Positions 57,298 through 64,000 of a stretch of DNA of 64,000 nt are shown piece by piece. The notes below the pieces were generated by a model, which saw only the letters and a list, made by a program, of their open reading frames with translations, was not told the DNA's origin and ran no database searches. The first letter of the stretch is position 1, and each line of letters starts with the position of its first letter. Both the position numbers and the translations under genes were made by a program. This DNA is from Calditrichia bacterium (GTDB taxonomy: Bacteria; Calditrichota; Calditrichia; RBG-13-44-9; J075), in assembly GCA_050633245.1 (NCBI GenBank), contig JBOEGD010000004.1, positions 141,866 through 205,865 on the forward strand, read 5' to 3'.

Positions 57298-58296
57298 TTA
57301 TTTTTCTGCTTTTTCGCTTCGGAAAGTAGTTAGAGCTTCATTGACTCTGTCCAGCATTTCCTGTGGGTAAAGGCGTCCTACCAGATCCGTGTGAGCGCTG
57401 GTGGCTGCAGCCTGGAAAGCCGCAATCTCTGCTGCAGGAACGTCAATGAGCTTTGTTCCGCTGTCGATCATCAAATCCAGTGACTTTTGATTGTCCACGC
57501 GACCGCTTTGAACGAGCTTGCTCATATACTCGCGACCTTTTTCCAGAAGAATCGTCTGATGTTCTGGTGCAAGCTTATCAAATTGCTTCTTTGAGATTAA
57601 CACGGCACCCATAACATTTGCCAGCGGCAAGTTGGTAATCGTCTTAATTCGGGTATGCCACTGTAGTGATACACAAGGCAATGGCGGAACGTAAACACCT
57701 TCAATAAGGTTTGTTTGCAAGGACGTAAGCACGTCAGTTAGCGATAGCGGAATCGCATTTACATCGAGAGATTTAAACGTTGCCTCGGCGAGTGGGTCAC
57801 CTTCCCACATCCACATCTTTGTGCCCCGCAAATCTTTTAGCGAAGCAATCGGCTTCTGAGCATAAACGTAAGCAAAACCAACGTCGGCCCATCCGAGGAT
57901 AATGAAGCCTTTTTCCTCAAATTTCCGCGCGAACTCGTCATTGAGGAGGGACGCGATGTGGTCAACTTCCTCATAGTTGCGATACAGCATCGGTAGTTCC
58001 ATAATGCGAACTTCCGGCAGAATCTCGCCTAGACCCACACCGGTAAAGCCGGCGCTGTGGAGCTGACCGAGACGAATCTTGCGAAGCACGTCTTTCTCAT
58101 CACCCTGAATCTGGCTGGGATAAATCTTGAACTTTACTTTGCCGTCAGTTAGGCTGGTTACTTCGTCTGCATACTCACGAAGCACTTTTAAATATGTTGA
58201 GCCTTCCGGAGCAACAGTTGCGAATTTAATCCGCTGTGAATAACCGCTGCTGGCAAATAATAGGCTTAGCAATATGAGTGTTATAATTTTACGCAC
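57298..58296 (-). CDS. dctP: TRAP transporter substrate-binding protein (TatP-type)
   Basis: Signal peptide; IKFATVAPEGS, GDEKDVLRKIRLGQL, KMWMWEGDP; GTG start. Confidence 0.9.
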   Translation of the reverse strand: MRKIITLILLSLLFASSGYSQRIKFATVAPEGSTYLKVLREYADEVTSLTDGKVKFKIYPSQIQGDEKDVLRKIRLGQLHSAGFTGVGLGEILPEVRIMELPMLYRNYEEVDHIASLLNDEFARKFEEKGFIILGWADVGFAYVYAQKPIASLKDLRGTKMWMWEGDPLAEATFKSLDVNAIPLSLTDVLTSLQTNLIEGVYVPPLPCVSLQWHTRIKTITNLPLANVMGAVLISKKQFDKLAPEHQTILLEKGREYMSKLVQSGRVDNQKSLDLMIDSGTKLIDVPAAEIAAFQAAATSAHTDLVGRLYPQEMLDRVNEALTTFRSEKAEK

Positions 58297-58371
58297 GATA
58301 ATTTTCTCCTTTAAATGTTCACTGCTGCTATCAAAATCTACAACCAGCAGAGCGATATTTGGTTCCTTCCG

Positions 58372-59235
58372 TTACAGAATATCCTCTTTTTGCGCCATAA
58401 GTGCTGCTCCTTTTTGTTTTGCCAATGCAGTCAATAATTCAAATCCTGGCAGAATGTCCATGGGCGCATCATCAACTTTTTTTAGCAGCTCATCGAACAG
58501 TTCTTCATTGAGCGTTGGCGCAGCATAATATTTTGCATAATACACATAAGTAATAAGCGACTTATTGTCAGTTAGTTCTAAAACCTTTTCAAAATGCTCT
58601 TTCGCCTTGTCCGGGTCGCCACCGAGCATGCGGGGAATAGATCCGTTAATGCTGCCCCAGAACAAGTGGGCTGCTCCAAAAAAGAAGCTCTCGTCCAGCT
58701 CAATAACCCGATTCATCATGGTCTTTACGCGGGATAGATCAAATACGGCTTCCGGTTTGTCGCGATTTAGATTTACCCAGCCGGCCCATGCAAAAGACGT
58801 CCAAAATAAACCCGGCAAATCGTCTTTGTCAAGTGTAGCCAATGCAACCTTCAATTTGTCATCGTTCTTTGGAATCCCGTTTTTAAATGCCTTTTTCTTC
58901 ATTAATATCTTTTCACCAAATGCTTTGGCGCGAAGATACATGGCGCTGGCGCGTTCCGGATGTTCATCTTCCAGAAATCCCAGGCTATAGCTGGAAAAGC
59001 CTTGTGCCAATATCTCAAGAAGCTCTGTCTTGCCCGGATCGGCCAGATGAAATCCTTCAATCAGTTTCAGATTGGCAGCCGTAGCAATTTTCGCCACTTC
59101 AAGATCCGGCTCAGCATAAAGCGCATCAATACCGTATGCAAAAAGACCGGTTGTTACATTCAACGCGATCTTTTGCGTCGCGCCACAGCTGCTGAGCAGC
59201 AGAAAAATTATGCTGAGAAAGAGATTGCGGGTCAT
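58372..59235 (-). CDS. TRAP transporter TatT component lipoprotein (TPAT system)
   Basis: Lipobox LSSC; EPDLE, YLRAKAFG, LFWTSFAW, GGDPDKAKEHFEK; upstream of dctPQM. Confidence 0.85.
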   Translation of the reverse strand: MTRNLFLSIIFLLLSSCGATQKIALNVTTGLFAYGIDALYAEPDLEVAKIATAANLKLIEGFHLADPGKTELLEILAQGFSSYSLGFLEDEHPERASAMYLRAKAFGEKILMKKKAFKNGIPKNDDKLKVALATLDKDDLPGLFWTSFAWAGWVNLNRDKPEAVFDLSRVKTMMNRVIELDESFFFGAAHLFWGSINGSIPRMLGGDPDKAKEHFEKVLELTDNKSLITYVYYAKYYAAPTLNEELFDELLKKVDDAPMDILPGFELLTALAKQKGAALMAQKEDIL

Positions 59236-59521
59236 ATTGCTGCCTTTTGAGTTTCTGAAAGTCGCGTCAAATATCTCAACATTCGGTATATAAATCAAGA
59301 AATATTCCAGTTAGTAAGCCTCCTCAGGATCTACTTCCTGTAATATTAGACCGAGTAGACCCTATACATGTCACTGTCAAACGGAATGCCAAATTCTCTG
59401 CGTGGCTTTAAGAGGAATAAAAACAGTGGTTTGGGTTTGGTTTGTTTGATTGCGGAAAGATAGGGGCAAGGTGTTGGATATTAGACGATTGTCTAAAATA
59501 GTATACGTTAGAGTACCGGTC

Positions 59522-60121
59522 TCAGATTTCGCTGCGTGTTTGCAGGGCTTTTCCTAGCGTTAATTCATCCACATACTCAAGCGAACTGCCCAATGGAATG
59601 CCGCGCGCCAGTCTTGTAACCTGGATAGATTGTGGTTTTAGCAAGCGTGCAAGATAGATGGAGGTGGCTTCGCCTTCAGTGCTGGGGTTAAGCGCAATAA
59701 TTATTTCTTCGATCTCTTCACTCTCCAGACGCCTCAGCAATTCTTTAACGCGCAGATCTTCCGGGCCAACACCTTCCAACGGGGAAATTACGCCACCAAG
59801 TACATGATAAAGACCGCGAAACTCGTTGGTCTTTTCGATCATCAATATATTCTGCGGATCTTCTACAACACATACCAGTCTGCCATCTCGATTGGTGTCT
59901 TTGCAAATTGAGCAAAGCTCTGATTCAGAGAAATTGAAGCAGCGACTACAGGTGCGAATTTCCTTGCGCACGCGCTGAATGGCATCGGAAAGGTTTTCAC
60001 TCTCGCCGGGTTCACTGTTCATAATGTGAAAAGCCAGCCGGGTTGCCGTTTTACGGCCAATTCCCGGCAGACGCGATAACGAATCAATTAGCTGTTGTAG
60101 AGCCTGTGGAAGTGATTTCAT
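59522..60121 (-). CDS. recR: Recombination mediator RecR
   Basis: LPGIGRKTATRLAF, C4 zinc finger, YHVLGGVISPLEG, EGEAT. Confidence 0.96.
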   Translation of the reverse strand: MKSLPQALQQLIDSLSRLPGIGRKTATRLAFHIMNSEPGESENLSDAIQRVRKEIRTCSRCFNFSESELCSICKDTNRDGRLVCVVEDPQNILMIEKTNEFRGLYHVLGGVISPLEGVGPEDLRVKELLRRLESEEIEEIIIALNPSTEGEATSIYLARLLKPQSIQVTRLARGIPLGSSLEYVDELTLGKALQTRSEI

Positions 60122-60123
60122 AA

Positions 60124-60456
60124 TTAGAATCCGGGCAGTTTAAAACCACCGGGCATATTGCCCATCGGCCCCATGCTTTTCTGCATTTCTTCCTGTGAGC
60201 GTTTTGAAGCATTTTCCATTGCTTGATTAACCGCTGCAACAATCAAGTCTTCCAGCATTTCCTTGTCTTCCGGATCGACAACTTCCTGCTCAATCTCGAT
60301 ACTAACTATTTGGTTCTGGCAATTGGCAGTAACTTTAACCATACCACCACCAGCAGTGCCTTCTACCGTAATTTCTGCAAGACGCTCCTGAGCTTTGGCC
60401 ATGTCTTCCTGCATTTTTTGCGCTTGCTTCATTAGTTGATTTAAATTCGGCTTCAT
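60124..60456 (-). CDS. ybaB: YbaB/EbfC nucleoid-associated protein
   Basis: MKQAQKMQ, GTAGGGMVKV, DKEMLEDLIVAAVN; between dnaX and recR. Confidence 0.93.
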   Translation of the reverse strand: MKPNLNQLMKQAQKMQEDMAKAQERLAEITVEGTAGGGMVKVTANCQNQIVSIEIEQEVVDPEDKEMLEDLIVAAVNQAMENASKRSQEEMQKSMGPMGNMPGGFKLPGF

Positions 60457-60479
60457 ACCTGTCTCCTTATCTAGGATGT

Positions 60480-62510
60480 TTATTCTATATCTTCACAATC
60501 AAATGTATCGATTATCTTCTTCAGTACTTCATCTTTATCTTTAATGCTCTGTAATATCTCCTGTGGAGATTTAATCTCTTTTACAAGACCAGCTTCCGCA
60601 AAGCTTTGTTTCACACAAAGTAATTTTAGGGATGAACCAAACAAAGTGTTTAGTGCTCTTTCGACAGCATCGGCATTCTTTTGCACATGCTCGAGGTGAA
60701 ATTCTGTTTTGGGATCGAATGCGACCTGCAGCTGATTATTTTCGATCTTAAACGGCACACCATCCTGCAAAAAGGAGCCAAGGGCTATCTTTTCTTTTCG
60801 GACTTCATCCACAATATCTATCCAGCGGGCTTTTATGGTATCAAAGGATGTATCATCGCTGTTTTTACTTACCGGTGGTTGTGGCAGTGGTGCTGACTTC
60901 GGCTGTGGCGGTATTACAGTCTGTGTTGCTGCCGATTCTGTGGCAGAGTCGCCGTTAGGCGCACTCGGCTTAAAGGCTAATGGTTCGACTTTCGGTTGCG
61001 TATTCTCTTCTTGCTGAATAACCGGTGCACTTATTTTTGGCACGGGTGGAAGAAAGACCTCTTCCGAAACCAGTGTTTGTCGCACCGCTTTATTCGCCGC
61101 AGGGGGAGATGGTTCTGCAGGCTGTGGAGGCGTTACTTTAGCTGTCAGTGACTGCGGATATGTCGTTTCTGTCGGTCCATCAGTCGCGGGAGAACCGTTA
61201 ATTTGAGGGGCAGTTGGCAAGGTCTTTTCTGAGGGAGCAGACTGGACATTAATGTCGGGAGCGAGCGGAAGTTTCCTGTTTTCCACTTGCTCTTCCGGAA
61301 CGACAGAGGAGGATGATTGAATTGGCTCAGGGACGTCGGTTTTTTGAACTATTGGTGCCGCAGCGGGGCTTATTTCAGTTTTTTTTTGTGCCGACGCCGT
61401 GTCCGGGGCGTTTTTAAGCAACTTCATTAGTTCTTCCAGATCCGGAACCTTAGGCTTATGCGCAATCTTCAATAACAGTAGTTCAATCACCAATCTTGGA
61501 TTCTCGCTAAACTTTAGCATCGATTCGCTGGTTGTCAGCAGATCCAGATACTGTAGCAAGTCGCCCTCGTCAAAACTCTTGGCATCTGCCAGATATTGAT
61601 CTTTGTAGTGATCAGATATTTCCAGAAGAGTCGCATTTCCCGTAGCAGTAACAACCAGCAGATTTCGAAAATGTTCTTCCAAACCCTGTAGAAAATTTAA
61701 CAGGTCGTGTCCGGTCTCGAACAGATCCTGTGCGAAATGGATTACGGCGCCACCGTCTTTTTGTTGTATCAGGCGCGTAAAGCGAAAGTAAAGCTCTTCG
61801 TTGATAACGCCCAGCGATTGCTGAACGTTTTGTATTGTCACCTTGCCATCGCTGAATGAGGCCAGCTGATCCATAATGCTGGTCGCATCGCGCATACCGC
61901 CATCAGACTTTCTGGCAATTAGCATCAGACTGTCCTGGTCAATCTCAATCTTTTCTTCTGAGGCTATTTTACTGAGCTGTTCAGCAATTAATCGAGTTGG
62001 AATGCGTTTAAAATCAAACCGTTGACAGCGAGAGAGAATGGTAAGCGGTACTTTGTGTATTTCGGTTGTGGCAAAGATGAAGATCGCATGCGATGGTGGC
62101 TCTTCAAGCGTCTTTAGGAGCGCATTAAAGGCCTCTTTACTAAGCATGTGAACTTCGTCGATGATGTAAATCTTATGGGAAGAAGAAACAGGTGCAAAGC
62201 GAATATTCTCTCGCAGGTTGCGGATCTCGTCGATTCCGCGATTACTGGCACCATCGATCTCGATAATATCCAGGGTAGATGATGTGTCTTCGGGAGTGAT
62301 ACCGTTTACTGCTTTGGCAAGTAACCTTGCTGTAGATGTTTTCCCAACACCGCGTGGGCCGGCAAAAATAAAGGCATGGCCAAGGCGATTTTGCTCAAGC
62401 GCATTTACTAAGGTACGCGTTACGTGCTCTTGTCCGATTACCTCTTCGAACGTCTTTGGGCGCCATTTTCGGGCCCAAACGATATAGTTCTTTGCTCCGG
62501 AGTCGCTCAT
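60480..62510 (-). CDS. dnaX: DNA polymerase III subunits gamma/tau
   Basis: ARKWRPKTF..VIGQEHV, GPRGVGKTS, IDEVHML, LKTLEEPP, SRCQRFDF; Pro-rich linker. Confidence 0.95.
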   Translation of the reverse strand: MSDSGAKNYIVWARKWRPKTFEEVIGQEHVTRTLVNALEQNRLGHAFIFAGPRGVGKTSTARLLAKAVNGITPEDTSSTLDIIEIDGASNRGIDEIRNLRENIRFAPVSSSHKIYIIDEVHMLSKEAFNALLKTLEEPPSHAIFIFATTEIHKVPLTILSRCQRFDFKRIPTRLIAEQLSKIASEEKIEIDQDSLMLIARKSDGGMRDATSIMDQLASFSDGKVTIQNVQQSLGVINEELYFRFTRLIQQKDGGAVIHFAQDLFETGHDLLNFLQGLEEHFRNLLVVTATGNATLLEISDHYKDQYLADAKSFDEGDLLQYLDLLTTSESMLKFSENPRLVIELLLLKIAHKPKVPDLEELMKLLKNAPDTASAQKKTEISPAAAPIVQKTDVPEPIQSSSSVVPEEQVENRKLPLAPDINVQSAPSEKTLPTAPQINGSPATDGPTETTYPQSLTAKVTPPQPAEPSPPAANKAVRQTLVSEEVFLPPVPKISAPVIQQEENTQPKVEPLAFKPSAPNGDSATESAATQTVIPPQPKSAPLPQPPVSKNSDDTSFDTIKARWIDIVDEVRKEKIALGSFLQDGVPFKIENNQLQVAFDPKTEFHLEHVQKNADAVERALNTLFGSSLKLLCVKQSFAEAGLVKEIKSPQEILQSIKDKDEVLKKIIDTFDCEDIE
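61370..61387 (-). other. A9 slippage/frameshift site in dnaX with stops in both shifted frames
   Basis: CAA AAA AAA ACT GAA ATA A; TGA at 61377-61375 and TAA at 61372-61370. Confidence 0.75.
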
Positions 62511-62536
62511 GTTTTCCTGCTTTTTATAACCAGAAC

Positions 62537-62565
62537 AGAATAGCACAAAATTTGGTGATTGTCAA
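62537..62565 (-). promoter_or_regulatory. Putative sigma70 promoter of dnaX
   Basis: TTGACA-17 bp-TATTCT. Confidence 0.55.
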
Positions 62566-62586
62566 TTGAGAATAGACAAAAAAAAT

Positions 62587-62685
62587 ATGCCAGGCGACCC
62601 CACGGCACATAGTTCATATACCTACCGTTGCTTCCTTCCGGACCTGGCGGAGTTCGGTACTGCTCTATTGCGTGGGACCTGGCAT
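62587..62685 (-). ncRNA. ffs: Signal recognition particle RNA (4.5S)
   Basis: Helix-8 motif cgccaggtccggaaggaagcaacgg; terminal stem atgccagg/cctggcat; canonical position upstream of dnaX. Confidence 0.95.
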
Positions 62686-62689
62686 TTTT

Positions 62690-62749
62690 TGGTAGAGTCG
62701 CAGGGAATCGAACCCCATTAGTGTTTTAACACCATCGCCCGATCGCTCT
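62690..62749 (-). ncRNA. tRNA-like element lacking a D arm (pseudo-tRNA or processing element)
   Basis: Minus strand agagcg...tggtg-ttaaaa-cacta-a-tgggg-TTCGATT-ccctg-cgactct-A-CCA. Confidence 0.55.
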
Positions 62750-62765
62750 TTACAAATGGACGCAT

Positions 62766-62794
62766 AATATAGAATGGCCTTGAGGAAAAAGCAA
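62766..62794 (-). promoter_or_regulatory. Putative sigma70 promoter for the tRNA-like element plus ffs
   Basis: TTGCTT-17 bp-TATATT. Confidence 0.6.
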
Positions 62795-63065
62795 CTGTAA
62801 AAAGATTGTCGTCTGTTAGACGTTGTTTGAGTGAAAAGAATCACAAGTATCTTGTCTTACGTGCGTTCAATCACACATACTTGAGTAGATGAGAAGTATC
62901 ATTACATACCTCGATTGAAGCAGTTCAAATACCTTCCTCACGGATGGGTGTCATACTCTGGGAATACCGGCTTATAGACGTACTGGAATAGGCACTGGAT
63001 AATTGAAACCTTATTACTGATAAACCCCAGCTTTTTTTGGAAATTGATTTCCGGAGTTATTGCGC

Positions 63066-64000
63066 ATGAAAATTTATTTGCTGATAGCGGCAGTTGTGTT
63101 GTCAATAGGCATGCCTCTTCACAGCCAGTCAATAACGGAAAAAAGAAGCAGTACTATTTCTGCCCAAGCGGGTTGGCAAGAGTTCGAACCGCTAAGCATT
63201 GATGGTTATTTTAATATTGTGAATCGTGGCATAACGCGTCTGTACTGCGAGCTAAACGACCGTCGTTTTACGCTCACCACATTTCCAGAGGAAGTGCGGC
63301 GTGGCGATTTTATTTACTTGATCCCGGTACGAGATACGGTGATGATCGATATTTTTGCCTATCTAAATCCCGGATTTTTTGAGATAACAAAATTGCGGAT
63401 TCTTCCGCAGGGGCCTTCTGGGGCGGCAGCAGATTTGATTATTGCAGATGCCTCCGGTCGTCTTAAGGAAAACGTCGATTTTGCTCTTCAGCTGGACTTA
63501 CAGAATGAAGGTGATGCAAATGGTGATGGCGCAACGCATGAAGGTGACGATCAATTTGTCGAATTGGTTAATACCGGTGACGTTCCTATCGATCTGAACG
63601 GCTGGAGAATAGATATCGACTCTGATGTCTGGCATGATTTTACTTCAGAGCGCATTGTTGAACCGGGAGAAGCTCTTGTTGTTTTTGGTGGTGGAAATCC
63701 ACAGGGAATTCAAAGTGAATTTGAACTGGCCAGTAAGCCGGGCGGATTTGGACTATACTATGGTATTGGAAGTAAAACAGATGTTGTTCGTTTGATCAAT
63801 GACCTGGATGTTGAGATAGACACCGCGTCTTATGACTTTACCGGGGACGTTGGTCAATCCTTAACACGGCTGCCGGAAGGCGAAGGGGCCTTTGTCTTCC
63901 ATATCGACGCTGTGGGGAGTGGTAGACAGCTTTTTTCGCCGGGAACGAACGTGGCGGGTAATACCCAGTTCTCAACCTCTTCAATGGGTGGAATACGCAT
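63066..64000 (+). CDS. Secreted lamin-tail-domain protein (runs off the window end)
   Basis: Read manually: MKIYLLIAAVVLSIG signal peptide...GDANGDG...DDQFVELVNTG..PIDLNGW..VVFGGG; no stop before 64000. Confidence 0.75.
   Translation, partial: MKIYLLIAAVVLSIGMPLHSQSITEKRSSTISAQAGWQEFEPLSIDGYFNIVNRGITRLYCELNDRRFTLTTFPEEVRRGDFIYLIPVRDTVMIDIFAYLNPGFFEITKLRILPQGPSGAAADLIIADASGRLKENVDFALQLDLQNEGDANGDGATHEGDDQFVELVNTGDVPIDLNGWRIDIDSDVWHDFTSERIVEPGEALVVFGGGNPQGIQSEFELASKPGGFGLYYGIGSKTDVVRLINDLDVEIDTASYDFTGDVGQSLTRLPEGEGAFVFHIDAVGSGRQLFSPGTNVAGNTQFSTSSMGGIR

Noticed and set aside
62690-62749. Functional tRNA-Leu(TAA) or tmRNA 3' end / prophage att site
   Set aside because: No D arm, a 6-nt loop, no tmRNA body or tag ORF and no integrase nearby; kept only as a tRNA-like element

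Overview
Gene-dense bacterial chromosomal window with no prophage, IS element or CRISPR array. Four secreted proteins ending in YPNPFN T9SS/FlgD-Ig-type sorting domains, a TBDR+DUF4249 pair, a GWxTD protein and a fused E1 alpha/beta suggest an FCB-group organism such as Calditrichota/KSB1 (inference). The first 20.6 kb is a signalling island. It carries a membrane-anchored CHASE2-sigma54 activator next to an operon for two paralogous outer-membrane beta-barrels (one fused to a transglutaminase-like domain), a FecR-TPR protein, a DUF4097 lipoprotein, a TonB-dependent receptor and a DUF4249 lipoprotein. A second module encodes a lipoprotein, a Kelch-T9SS protein, a GAF-sigma54 activator, a Ser/Thr kinase-PEGA protein, a TPR protein and a TM2 protein. 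Two matching non-canonical sigma54 promoters (TGGCA-N6-TTGTATTA) with upstream palindromic enhancer-like sites are visible. The rest is mostly housekeeping: stand-alone Cys-less rpsD, acs/actP-like acetate locus, 2-oxoacid dehydrogenase E1, mtaB, tricorn protease, POT transporter, metH, a TPAT (TatT-DctPQM) transporter and ffs-dnaX-ybaB-recR. Other notable signals are an SF2 helicase bracketed by 31-bp tandem repeats, an A9 slippage site in dnaX, and a D-armless tRNA-like element directly upstream of the SRP RNA. All family assignments come from motif recognition by eye, not database searches.
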